Shown: positions 24,784 to 39,027, numbered from the stretch's first letter. The stretch: DNA of 64,000 nt from Eledone cirrhosa (GCA_964016885.1 OZ024746.1:84506001-84570000), one strand, 5' to 3'. Numbers and translations are program-made. The notes: generated from the sequence alone by a model not told the origin.

Positions 24784-27020
24784 CCTCTTATATATATTTA
24801 TATATATATATGTGTGAAATTTTGTCATCCTAGCGTAAATGATTATAATAGTAGTTGATCACTATAAATAATAGAGAAAACGAGTTAAAGTACCCATAGA
24901 AATAGAAAAAAGAGTCATCTGTCAGCTTTTTCCATCTCCTGAAGGTATTTTACATGAATTTTTTCAACTGTTTATAGTGACCGACTATTATCATTATTAT
25001 TTACGTTGGGACGACCACATTTCAAACTTTCTCAATTTTTGTCAACTCAATCGGACGTTTATATACATATATACATAAAAAAACAAAAACAGTTTCTTGA
25101 TAATGTTTATGATTTTAATAAGGTTGAAAATAAAATTTGCTTTTTATGGGGGTAATTTTGTTTTCTTTGTGTAACCTATGTTATTTACTTTGTAGTGTGT
25201 GTGTTGTAATATAATATACGTGTGAGTGTGTAGTGAACATACCCAAAAATGTTGTATGTCTTACAGTGCATATCTATCTGATTTGGTTCAATGCTCAAAT
25301 ACTGCTGTCATCGATATTTTCTTGCATCTCTCTCTCTCTCATAGACACACACACGGTGTCATAGTTTTTTTGAAAATAAATAAAAATTAAGTTGTATCTT
25401 TGTCCACAGTTTACAAACAAGAACGCATGATCCTTTTTATTTGGTATGCATTTTCAAGAGATTTTATGTAAGCAAATAAGATCATTGATTGCCCTAACCC
25501 ATAAACAAAACACTCAGAAAATTTCGTTATACCAATCGTTGACCTATGTTCATAATTCCCATTGAATCGCCCCAAAACCCGCATCCCTATATTCTGTAAA
25601 CCAACCACAGACTTGCACCAGCCGCCAGTATGGAGGAAGGCAGGCGTTATTAAGCTGCAGACGTCATATTACGTAGTTTGTGTATAATAAAACTAATTTC
25701 TCAGTTTCAATGAGCCGATACAACCATTAAAATGTTTCATTTATTCACTGAAAAACTCGATCTTTTCCATCATAATATTCGGAAGTTTTTGGAATTGTCA
25801 TTAATTAAAGATGATATAATTTCATAGGTGAGTGAAAGGTTCAGTAATCAGTCACCCCTCTTCCTGTGGGGGCAGAGTCCTTAAATGCTCTTTCCAGTGG
25901 GTCCTGTCAGAAGCAACAGTTTCCAACTGATCCAAGCTCATGGATGTTATCCAACCATCTTGCTCAGGATCTACCCCTGGGTCTCCTGCCGGTTGGTTTT
26001 GGCCGTAAAATATTTTTAATATATGCAGTTTCAAGTGTTTGTTTGTTTTACGCAGGGCATATGGCTTTTTTGCTTTCAATTGAAAAAAATGTGGTCGATA
26101 CGAAAAGTTACAAAAAGAGGGCATTATGTGTTAAAAGGTTGAGTATTTTTCGCAAAGCGTCTCTAACACTATGAGGCTCTTAGTTTTATTTTTGAAATTT
26201 AAAATAGGGGCCTGTGTTATATTTAGTTTTCATAAAGCATGTCCAATCATGTAAAATGCTATCAACTGAGAAAGTCACTCTTGTAATTGGATGTGGGTTA
26301 TTTTTTCTTCTGGAAACTGAAATTGTAGAAGAGAGCAACGTCCATGGTTTATCTCTTCCGTTAGTGTTTAGGTCATTGTCCAAGTCTCGCTACTATAGAA
26401 CATAACTGTTTTAATGCTAGCTCTGAAAAGCTAGCATGTTAATTCTATCACAGACTGAATAATTCTAATTAAATTAGAGTTTGCGTGCTGCTACCCATTC
26501 TAATTAGCGTCGACTTCAAGATGGAGAAAATGTTTGACAATAAGGAAGGTAAACTTTGGAGACGGTAAATGTATGGTTATGGTGTTCAGATCACCAGCAA
26601 ACATTAACTTAATTTTAAATTTGATTTTCCTTTAGACCTACCTTTGCAAATGTAGTTTCAAAGCTTGTCACTTTTCTATGGGCTGCCAATGAATTATTAA
26701 GTAATGTATCATCACCGGTAAAGATCAATACAGGAAATTTTACAGCAGTAATTTACTAGGAATTCCCCTCCTGATAGTGTACTCATCTTGTTTTGGCAGC
26801 GATGTACACGCATTACATAATCTATAATGAAGTGGTAACGTACAAGTGTGCCTCTCCGGAGTACGTCGTAAGATGTTTGGAACTTATTACTGTTGTCAGT
26901 TATACGAACATACACGTTGGTATTAGTGTTCAAATACATAAAGGCATTCCAACCATAACGGTCCTGTTTTAATTACAGTGAACTCGGCATCAAATCATCC
27001 ATTGTGTCATTATTTAAGAC

Positions 27021-27199
27021 TGGATTGGCAGTATCGGTAGAGGGTCGGACGCCATGCTTTCCAGCGTAGTTACGTCCCTTTACGATCTGAGTTCAAATCC
27101 CGCCGAGGTTGACTTTGCCTTTCATCCTTACGGGGTCGATAAAATAAAGTACCAGTAATGCACTGGGTAATTGCTGGCCTTGTGCCTAAAGTAGAAACA
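27021..27199 (+). mobile_element. tRNA-derived SINE, near-consensus
   Basis: 12-bp TSD attatttaagac at 27009-27020 and 27200-27211. Confidence 0.88.
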
Positions 27200-28677
27200 A
27201 TTATTTAAGACGGCAGGGTGTGGTTTTAAGAATTCTAGCAGGTCGAGCAATCGCGAAGAGGCTCTGCCGTTGGTTCGAGTGCTGAATGTTCTTAACCATA
27301 GGTGTCAACGTAAGCACTGTGTAATTCTCGAGCATTTTTTTTTTCAGCATGTTGTGCTTAGTTAGATGAAATCCCGAACAAAAAGGAAGAAGAAATTACA
27401 ATAGCAATATTGTTTTTGTTTTTCTTCCCGAACTACTGGATATTTATTGCAATTAGCGCCTTCCATAGTAGACGAGGCTAACCGGTGCAAGCTTATACTA
27501 TTTACTTCGTTGAAATTCCGCTGCCAAGAAGTGTCTGCTCGTCTGAATGAAGCCACTTTGGCAACGGAACGGTTTTCTGTTTATTTACACAGTAAAAGTA
27601 AATGGCCAACTGTAAAAACTGATTTCAGTGTTTGTGTGACAGAGAGAGATAGAGGAAGATGAGAATAAGAAGTGAGATGGTGGTGGGTGGAAATAAATGA
27701 CAGCAGCAACAATAACAACACTATATCACTAAAGAAAGATTATAGTCATCAACTGGTCTCGCTAAATGTTAAAGCTACTAAACAAAAATCTAAGCTGTTT
27801 GCTTGATATTTTAAACCCTCCTCCTCTTCTTTCACCTTCTTCTTCTCCTCCACCACCACCGGCATCGCCTCTGTCTCGTTGGTTCTGACGTTCTCGACAA
27901 ATAACAACAATTGATAGAATTACCTAACTATTTTCTACCCCTTCCCTTCCCTTACAACCACTACCGGTGCTATTACCGCCACCCCCCCCTCATCACCACT
28001 AACGTTACCACCACCACCATCACTACAACGAATATTTCTATTACCTTCACCATCACTGCTATCGCTGTAGGTACCACCACCACCACCACCTCAACTGTCT
28101 CCCACCCCCAAACAACCACCATCACCACCACTACGGTTACTGGCACTAATATTATTACAAGCATCGTTACTATCGCCAGTGGTACTATTAATACTATAGA
28201 TATCTCCACTATTACTTTACCATCGGTACAATCCTCACAAAAACCACCACTTCAAATATCACCACCACCACTCAGGACCGGCCTTGGATATTTAGCACAC
28301 GAGACCAGCCCTATGATCTGCGCCCCATTCTCAGAAATGCAGTTTGGCAAACTGACGAACCTAGTTTTTGACACTTATTCTGCCTACATGAAGAAAATGA
28401 CTAAACCCGAGTTTCTACTACAGAATCCATATCCACCCACGCCAAATCATGTGATAGGTCATAACACCATACATTCCGCTCCACCGCTTTGAATATTTTC
28501 ACAACGTTACGTATCGGACATTGAGCGATTTATTTATTGATCGCAAAAAGTTATTGCATATTTTGATTTAATTATACAAATTTAGATAACATTGTGATCC
28601 TTTAAGGTTCAGCAATGCGCCCTTCTGAAATTTGCGTCCTAAGCGGCTACCTAGTTGGCCCAATACTAGCCTATATA

Positions 28678-28781
28678 CAAGGTGTCCCCCCCAAAAAATG
28701 TATACACACTTCAACAGCATTCTAATAAATATTGCCTGTACAGGTAATCAAACTGTGTATACATTTTTGAGGGACACCCTA
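28678..28781. mobile_element. Tc1/mariner-type MITE
   Basis: TIRs caaggtgtccccccc-aaaaaatgtatacaca / tgtgtatacatttttgagggacaccct, with TA flanks. Second copy at about 55704-55805. Confidence 0.8.
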
Positions 28782-28856
28782 TATATATATGTAAAAAGTA
28801 AAAATAAATAACAATACAATCGGTACATATATGGAAGGGATATAGCAGGAAGAGCG

Positions 28857-28892
28857 TTTTAACGTTTCGGACGCTAGTCCTTCATCAGAAGA
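28857..28892 (-). ncRNA. Hammerhead ribozyme motif (family E)
   Basis: Minus strand reads tctt-CTGATGA-a-ggac-tagc-gtcc-GAAACGTT-aaaa. Confidence 0.65.
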
Positions 28893-29906
28893 AAGAATGA
28901 GAAATAAGATAGATTGAGAGGACGGGTGGGCTGGAATTGGAAAAAAAGGTCTTTAGATAAAAATAACAGGTCCTATTTACATATAAGAGGTTGGTCACAA
29001 TTAGAACGTCTTTGATCGTAGATCTGCTCAAGCGGGGCTAAACAGCAACAACAACAAAAAGAAAAGCTGAAACACCAGCACTACCATCATCATCATTATC
29101 CATAACAATACAATTAATGGGAATAGAGCATTCTCTATCCTCATCTCATCATGTTTGTTTGATCAAGGTTGACTCGGGGCTAAACAATAACTTGAAAATC
29201 AACAAGATCAATACCATCACTACCACTTCCCCAACCACCAACCAGAATATCTTTATTGTCATCATTGCTGAAACTACTCTCAAACCACCACCGCAGTCAT
29301 CACCCCAGCCCCTCACCATCACCACTAACACAATCACCCCCCCACTCCCCCCTCACCACCACAGCCAACAACAAAAACAATAACATCATTGACACTTGCT
29401 CTGCCCATTCACACTCACACCCCAATACTTGCCAAGAGAAAGTGTACAATTTTGAGATTGCTCCAATGTCTCTTAAATTCGACTTTAGACGAGTAAAATA
29501 AAGAGAGGAAGTATGTATATATATATATATATAGAGAGAGAGAGGATATATATATATTGAGAGAGAGGGAGGGGGGAGCAATGTAAGGAAGAAAAGCGTC
29601 TTTATGTGAGAGCGAGGAGAATTTTGGTAATATACTTACTGTTTACCACAAATACACTTAATAAACTCAATGAATGGTTTTTACAGACACCAGGCACACC
29701 CATTTTCGCTGTGTATTTAAAAAAAACAGCGGTAGATGAGCAGATATCTACTTATGTAGATGGGTATATCTATCTATATTTGTTTTCTCCAAAATGGCTG
29801 ATTGAATACAAACATGTGCCCCCCCCCCCCCCCTACACACACAAATAAATGTTCTCACCTCTTCTCACCCTCTATATTTCTATTTCATCTTTTATTTATC
29901 ATTCTA

Positions 29907-29942
29907 TCTTCTGATGAAGGATTAGTGTTCGAAACGTAAATA
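29907..29942 (+). ncRNA. Hammerhead ribozyme motif (family E)
   Basis: tctt-CTGATGA-a-ggat-tagt-gttc-GAAACGTA-aata. Flanks match 56400-56515 on the minus strand. Confidence 0.65.
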
Positions 29943-30007
29943 CTCTTTTCTTACTGTATTAAACTAATATATTTCTTCATTGTATCACGTCGTTTGCATT
30001 TTGCACG

Positions 30008-30083
<76 letters not shown>

Positions 30084-31140
30084 TATCAGGATTGAATCAG
30101 TTTTAAACTAGTCAGACAATTATTCAACAGAGTACTCAATACTTGGGATAGTACAGTCGACTGAGCTCTTGCCGTTTCAACAGCATGGAACCAGTAGCTG
30201 AAAAGTAATACATACAGGTATTAAATAAAAAAAACATCTTACCATCATTTTACATCCACTTTCCATTCTAGCTTGTATTAGACGGGTTGTCACAGTCTGA
30301 GACCAGACATATAAGAGTGACCTCATCTTGCTCTTACATTACATATTTTGCATGGTTTCTATGACTGGATACCCTTCTTAACATAACCACTTTAGAGTGT
30401 TTACTGGGTGCATTGTTTTTACGATACCAGCACAACCACTTTATACAGTTGATTAGGTATATTCTATCAAGGCACCAAGATTAACAATTTACAAGATGTA
30501 CTGAGTGCATTTTATCGTGGCACTAGTACTAAAAGGTAGTCACATGCTCGGCCAGACAAAAGCGTTCTCTTAAACACTATATTGCCTCCATTCGATTGCC
30601 AAACACGGTGGCCTCCAATCACTCTCCACTCTTACTTTTAATGTCTCACAGCTTGTACTGGTGGGCATGTCTTTTGTATTAGATACTTTTTGTTAAAAAT
30701 ATAGTTCTCGTTGTCAAAGGGTCAAAACTAAAATGCCCAGCAGAGGGTACAAATAAATTGCTACGTCCATTGCTGGTGCCTCCCGCCCTCATTAAATCCG
30801 ACCCGGCTAGCAGTAGTGTCAGGCGTTGCCCTAGCGCTAAATATGATGAAAAATATTTTTTATTAAACTTAAATGACTTAAACTTCCTTACTTGCACACT
30901 GATTAATAAACATACATCGGGTCACTATTACTGATATGTATATATATGTTTACAGAATTTATCCCTGAAATTCGTCATTATCATTTTTAATCTCATCTTT
31001 GTCAGTCTTAATTTCACTCATGCCAATGCCCCACCCTTCCGAATAATAATAATAAATTCGCTCCATCCTAGAGTAACGACGAAATTTAAGTTGATAACGA
31101 AATTGAGACTGGCGGTAACGAGATTGATGAAGACGACAGA

Positions 31141-31204
<64 letters not shown>

Positions 31205-31260
31205 AGATAGATAGAGAGAGAGAGAGAAAGAGACGGTTAGTTCCATAACAAATTAGCAAA

Positions 31261-31311
31261 CCATACTCGAGGACGCGCGTTTCATCGGACGGATTTTCAA
31301 CCCGTGTATGG
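31261..31311 (-). ncRNA. Degenerate type-I hammerhead with an 11-bp stem I
   Basis: Minus strand reads ccatacacggg-TTGAAAA-tc-cgtcc-ga-t-GAAACGCGCGTC-ctcgagtatgg. The core deviates from CTGANGA at two positions. Confidence 0.55.
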
Positions 31312-31400
31312 TTGCAGTGAGAACGGAAGTATATATACTCTATACCGAACTCATCCTTTGGACTGAGTGCTCAACCAACTACGGATGTAATCTCTCATTT

Positions 31401-31960
31401 TTATTTTATCACATCTATGTTCAGCGACCTGAGGTCGTTGAGCAGGTGGCCTCGCTTCCAAAACAATCCCACGCCACGTTTATTTATACTGCCTATCATG
31501 AGAGAAGCCATGTTGGATAATATAGGAGGAAAACAGATGAGAGGTGGAAAATCTTTACCTTTGGCCTTTTGGAAGGAGGGTGGAATGATCCATCCCTCCG
31601 GCCGGTGCTGGGATTCTCCACGAGAATGTCAATGTATATTTTCTTCGAGAGAGTCCCTCGATAGTCTCCAATTGCCTCGAGTAACTCTTTTTTTCAAGTT
31701 TGTATATGTCTTTTGTGATATTTCGATTATGTTTAAGTGTGTGGGAGGAGTAATTTTGGGGGGTTGTATGTATTGGTGGAATAATTTATATTCAGCTCTA
31801 TGTCTGACATTGAAAAGACGCACACTTTTCTCGTGCGAAATTTTTCTGCTTTGGAAGGGGATGGGGGTTCTTACCTCATATTTCTTTTGGGAAATTTTGA
31901 AAATTTTGAGCGTTTTTCAAAGAATAAATGCAATGTTTGAGCCAGAGGCCTAAATATTAT
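31401..31960 (-). mobile_element. L1/Tx1-like LINE fragment (ORF2 APE-endonuclease N-terminus and upstream sequence)
   Basis: 31511 to 31401 translates as MASLMIGSINKRGVGLFWKRGHLLNDLRSLNIDVIK*, resembling the APE N-terminus (S.N.RG...l..l..l..D.i.lQET) truncated before QET. Upstream extent uncertain. Confidence 0.55.
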
Positions 31961-32834
31961 GCTCAAATATTATGGGGTCGCTTTTCTTGAGGGTCAAGTT
32001 AGTGACAAAAAAAAAAATGGGAAGCCTTTGTAAAGAAGTAAAAAATGACAAACTTACACAAGCCGATACGAACACGGCTGTATATACCAATGACGATAAT
32101 AATAATTTGGCTTTCTGGAATACTTTTAAGTGTTTTTTTTTCCTAATACACGTGGTTTCTTTTATGTATACATGAAATGTTAACTATTATTTGTAAGGGT
32201 GAAAATTTCATTACAAATGCAAACTGTATTTATTTTAAAACCCGCGCCGAATATATTTTTTTAATCTATAAATATATATTTACATTTGTAATGAAATTTT
32301 CATCTATGCATCGATTTTGTCCACACCACATCATTTAAAAAAAATCTATAGATATGTTTATGCATTTGTAATGAAACTTTCATCATTGCAAACAGAATAT
32401 ACTTAACGCTTCATGTATATGCAAACATAATTTCATTTAAAAAATAGGTGTACTATGGAAATAACAACAACAAGAACATTTAGTTAAACTAGAAGTATCC
32501 ACAGTTAATACCTATTCCTTTTGGTATCCAAGAAAACTAAGTTATTGATTTTTATTTTACATTTCCCAGCTACGTACGTATCCGGCAAGATTACCTAATT
32601 TGATAAGTTCATTTGATGCGAGGAGCGTTGAATCTATCGTTTCTGGCTTTGACTTTCGAGGAAAGGAGATAAAAGTAATGCTGTGTCGCTTAGATGGAAG
32701 GTCTTAAATAACAAACAACACAAGAGAACAGAAAACCGAATTATATCAGAACGAGCAAAAGCAGCTTCGATAGCCTGTGTCTAAAGAACGAAGAAAAGGG
32801 AAACGCTACAGGTTAGCCATCGCCTTTGGATGTA

Positions 32835-33384
32835 TAGAGTGGTCCGAAAGTCTTGTCACACCTTGTCACATATTGTTTTAACTTTCATTATTTATTTTGT
32901 TTTAATAATGTAATATATAATATCATTAATTATAATATATAATAATAAATGTTTCTACTTTTGGCACAAGGCCAGCAATTACCCAGTACATTACTGGTAC
33001 TTTATTTTATCGACTCCGTAAGGATGAAAGGCAAAGTTAACCTCTGCGGGATTTGAACTCAGACCGCAAAGGGACGTAACTATGCTGGAAAGCATGGCGT
33101 CCGACTCTCTACCGATACTGCCAATCCACCGCCCCTAATAATAATATAATTTTCTATTTCAGATGGCTGTCACGAGCTCCTACAGTTTGGAAGAGAGGCT
33201 GCTTGCAAGTGTATGGACACATGATCGTGTGCATTCTGGCAAGAGCGTGGAGGATGTGCAACATGACTTCACTGCAAGATTTGGCAAAAAACCAGCACCT
33301 CCGAAGAGAACGATACTGCGATGGGAACATAAACTGTTTCTCATTACCTTTTGGTAGGGGGTGACAAGACTTTCGGACCCCCTG
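32835..33384 (+). mobile_element. Tc1/mariner internal-deletion derivative with transposase N-terminal HTH fragment
   Basis: TIRs tagagtggtccgaaagtcttgtcacacc / ggggtgacaagactttcggaccccctg, TA at 32833-32834 and 33385-33386. ORF 33163-33357 YSLEERLL...VQHDFTARFGKKPAPPKRTILRWEHKL (DUF4817-like HTH). Confidence 0.85.
32950..33135 (-). mobile_element. SINE nested inside the mariner derivative
   Basis: gtttctacttttggcacaagg...gggatttgaactc...ccgatactgccaatccaccgccc. Confidence 0.85.
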
Positions 33385-33885
33385 TATTAGGCATTAAATG
33401 TTAGTCCGCTGGTTAGAGTGACAATCATAGAATGAGAATCATTGGGCATGCGATTCATTGCTATACTTTCCCACTCGTTCCTTTAAATATGCAGGATAAA
33501 TTAAGATGTTGTGACATTCATGTTTTTCCGAAGTACATTATAGTCGAAACTCACTGAACAAAATAAAATAAAATAAAATAAAAACCCCCGACAAGCAGAA
33601 TTGGCTCACTTCGTGTTTAGATTCTCAATTAAGCGCAAATTACAAAACAAATATATTCTATTCCTTATGGGGTTCCTTACTTTTTAAATCTGTCTTCAAT
33701 ATTCTGGCGTCATTTATAAGCAAATGACACCGCGTGTTTCTCTTTAACTTGCTGCAGTGTTTGTTTGAAAACAACGAATAAGTCGGAAAGTGGAGCAATC
33801 CGAACGGTACGACTCGTTGACAGCTCTTGGCTTCTGTTGCTCTTTCATTCATTTACTTACGTGCAATCTTAATCCCTTCCTCCCC

Positions 33886-33955
<70 letters not shown>

Positions 33956-33966
33956 GTGTATGTATG

Positions 33967-34011
<45 letters not shown>

Positions 34012-34047
34012 GGGTAGGGTATATACACGTCTACATAGTATGCGTGT

Positions 34048-34081
<34 letters not shown>

Positions 34082-34306
34082 TGGTAAAACGTACTACAAT
34101 GTGGTACAACTGAACCCTGACGTTTTCTGGTAGCATTAATGCTTCTCTGTATCGCCGAAGAGAATGATAATATCCACGAGATACTGAAATCATACTGATC
34201 TCTAATCGATAGCTGATGAGAGGAGTGTCTCGCGGTGCAAATTACACACACACACACACACTCACACACACGTTCACACACACACACACACACACTCACA
34301 CACACG

Positions 34307-34385
<79 letters not shown>

Positions 34386-34505
34386 CCACGCACTCACCTC
34401 AAAACAGACACATCTTCTTTAGACATAGCCACACATTCTCAAATTTCTATTAGAAATATATATTTAGACACAGTAGTTACTTTTAGAAGCATTTAAACAC
34501 CCACC

Positions 34506-34540
<35 letters not shown>

Positions 34541-35471
34541 TGATATATGAACTCTGTATTTTCTTGGGTCACATAAATATTTACTTATTCTACTAACTAG
34601 GTACATTTACAAATACAATCACCCCCCCCCCCCCCACACACACAGACATTCTCTTGCTCTATCTCTCGTCATCTCTGTCTATCTCACACAGAGGCAAGAA
34701 CAAAATTATCAGGTATCCATCCCTTTTACTATATGAATGACCAGGCCTACCATATACTAAATAACCAACCGAGTGCTGAGTGATCCCAATACAATCAACG
34801 ATATTGTGTTGCCCCGAAATTTCTACCGAGCCCGATCTCTCCACTTCGCCATCCTCTCTCTTTTTCCTTTTCACACATACAATCACATATATTCACACAT
34901 GTCTATATATTCAATGTGTAAATTCATATACAGGGTTATTGAGTTCTTTGAGGGTATTTGCATGAATTTAGTAAAAGACGCATAAGTCACGAAAGAAAAG
35001 CTGTATAGGGGAAAACCTGGCACGAATAATCTTAAGACTCTTCTTGGCGAATCTATTTAATAAAACCATCATTATCCTCGATGACTGCTTGAAGACGAGG
35101 TCTGAAAAATTGACATGCTCGAGTCAGATGATCTTTATCTATCTTGGACATTGTGTTAATTATTGTGGACTTCATAGGGGCATCGATTGACTTCTCTCTT
35201 GACTACTTCACATACGTAGTATTCCAACATATTCGGGTCTGGAGAACTAGAAGGTCATATATTTGGGGTGACGTGACCATTTTTTTTTCCAGTGAAAGAT
35301 GGCGGGATTTGAACTCAGAATGTAAAGAAATGAAACAGTTCTATTTCACTAATCTATCGCACTGGACTCGTACTTTATTTATCGACACACGAAAGGCTGA
35401 AAAACAAAGTTGAATGCATAGAACCGGAACAAATACCGCAAGACCTTTATTCTGACGCTCTAGCCAATCTA

Positions 35472-35544
<73 letters not shown>

Positions 35545-35804
35545 CCGTTATATATTAACAACACAATGTGTTATATATTTATATAACGTTTATATGACAT
35601 TATGTGTTTTTCAGGTATTTTTATTAATATTATTACACTTCAATGTTAAATACTGTCTTTCTTATTAGACTCTCCATACACACACACACACACACACCAA
35701 CACACCAACACACCAACACACCAACACACCAACACACAACCATATATGATCACGGAGATGTTATGCATATACATAAATATGCATATAAATGTATATGAAT
35801 GTAA

Positions 35805-35869
<65 letters not shown>

Positions 35870-35931
35870 CACACACACATATACATATGTATTTACATAC
35901 GAATACATACACATATGAACGTTTCCGTATG

Positions 35932-35995
<64 letters not shown>

Positions 35996-36034
35996 GTATA
36001 TATAGGTAAATATATATATATATATTATATTATG

Positions 36035-36100
<66 letters not shown>

Positions 36101-36245
36101 TATGTATATGTATATATATATATGTGTAAATATGTATATATATTATATTATATATATATGCATATATATATGCACATATATATTATATTATATATATATA
36201 TGCATATATATATGCATGCACATATATATATATATATATATATAT

Positions 36246-36379
<134 letters not shown>

Positions 36380-37112
36380 TATATATCATACGGAAACGTG
36401 TGTATGTGTTCGTATGCGAGGAGTATTAGTGTTTTCGCCTGTGTGATGGTGTTTTGAACGAGTGTCCCCAACCAAACCATACATACTTGCACCCTACTTC
36501 TCTCATCTGTTAATAATCTACATATATTTCAAGCTTATAGCTTTCACCCATATCGTTATAGAGCATAATAAATATGATCAGATTTACATATTTCACAGAT
36601 TTTTCACTGCATTTGTTACCTTTGTTGCAAACTTTTATGTGCAACATGAATGAATGGTTAAATCGCATTAGAGAAAACTTCAATTCAAGATTTATGATGA
36701 AACGCCACATCGCTACATAAGGTAGTTTATTTATCAATAGTGCCCCCCCTTCCCCGCCCCCCAGCTGCCACCATTACCATTACAAGCATCACAAACAATC
36801 AACACCAACACCACTACCACTACAGCAACGCCGATGTATCATCACGCACCGATTCCATCACATAGGTAGCAACTTGTATAGATTGTATAGCAATGATGCC
36901 GTAAATTTCCGTTTAGAGGTCTGTTTATGAAACTCTTCGACAATGGTTATGTATATTTTTGAAAGGAAATGATTTATTGTTTCGTAAGATATTAGGTATT
37001 TTGAATGACTTTGCATAAATATATTTTACACCGACCGACTGATAAAATAAATGAGCGTTTTGTTGTTTATTAAATGGTGGAAACAAACTTCTTTCCCTTT
37101 ACAAATTATAGG

Positions 37113-37184
<72 letters not shown>

Positions 37185-37206
37185 TATATGTATATATATC
37201 TATATG

Positions 37207-37309
<103 letters not shown>

Positions 37310-37411
37310 TATATATATATATCATATATATATATATCATATATGTATATATATATATATGTATATATATATATGTATATATATCTATATATGTATATAT
37401 ATGTATATATT

Positions 37412-37442
<31 letters not shown>

Positions 37443-37493
37443 CATATATATATATATATATCATATATGTATATATATATATGTATATATATG

Positions 37494-37550
<57 letters not shown>

Positions 37551-37813
37551 TATATGTATATATATATATATGTATATTATATATATATATATATATATAT
37601 ATGCATATATATATATGCGTGTGTGTGTGTGTGTGAGTGTGGGCGCATACACACACACACACACACACACACATACACACATATATATTTATAGCTTAGC
37701 AACGGAAACATGACAATGACGACATTAATAACAGTTTCTTTTGACTTGGCACACAAGCATTTAGTAGTAGTAGCAGCAGCAGCAATAGTCGTAGTAGTAG
37801 CAGCAGCAGTAGC

Positions 37814-37857
<44 letters not shown>

Positions 37858-38504
37858 AGACACACCAAGGCCATGAAACGGTTGCAGACCCTAAGTGTGT
37901 GTACTATATTCGACCATTTAGTAGAAAGGTGACTTGATTTAACGATATCGATATTCAAGAATAGATACAACCAGATTGTTCAAATATATCTCGGAAATCA
38001 GAGAGTGGCTCCGGGGTAGAGCCTCTACTTCACCGAATGGACAGATGACATCTCTGATACTAAGGACTTGTAGTTAAAATATCTCAGGAAAGAGTTTACG
38101 GGCCAAACCAACTGGCAGTAGAACCAGCGGTAGATCCAGTGTAAAATAGTTGGATAACATCCAAGAGCTCGGCTGATCTCGCTTGGGGATCCAGCCGGAT
38201 CAATTGGAAACTGTTGTTCCTTACAAGGCAGACTGGAAGATAAGTTTGCAGACTTTGCTCCCACAACATCCCCAGGAATTACTGAGTGAAGAAGAAGAAG
38301 AATATATGGAGGAGGGTCACACCATAATCATTTAAGGTATTTAGGGCCTCAAATGAACGTAATCTGGTCCTGCTTCTAATAAATGTAATGACAACAAACC
38401 CATCATAAGTATATATATGAAATAGAGGTTTTGTTCTATTTATTCTATTACTTGTCTTTCTGTGGTAACATCGAAACGAAGAGGAGTCACAGAGGACCAA
38501 AACA

Positions 38505-38770
38505 GTCACTGAAAAGGTCACTGAATGTTTGACAAAGGAGCTTTGACAAGTAAATAGCCATTTAGTTATTAAACTAACTGATTAATGAGTTAGTTACCTG
38601 ACTAATAACGATTTATTTATTTAATTATCTGACTAATAATAAAACCGAAATGAAAAATGCAACTGGTGCGTGTGTTTTTATTGGCAGTATGACACTCCCA
38701 AATTATAACAATATCTGTTTCAACATATGATTTCATATCACGAATGTTGCAAAACAAATACAAAAACCAA
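38505..38770 (+). mobile_element. Diverged copy of the hammerhead-bearing family I element
   Basis: gtca-ctgaaaa-ggtcac..tgac-aaaggagc-tttgac, and gcaactggtgcgtgtgttttt attggca...ataacaatat...ttcaaca shared with 61301-61552. Confidence 0.6.
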
Positions 38771-38771
38771 G

Positions 38772-38868
<97 letters not shown>

Positions 38869-38871
38869 GCA

Positions 38872-38931
<60 letters not shown>

Positions 38932-39027
38932 ATTAAACAAATTTTTTCCTAAGAGAAACGGGAAAATCTCGCATTTAAAAAAGTTACTCAATGCATTAAG
39001 AGAGAAACTACACATTTATTTAATGTC

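Noticed and set aside
34213-34240. CTGATGA-gag..ctc hammerhead candidate
   Set aside because: No GAAA follows stem II, and there is no stem I or III.
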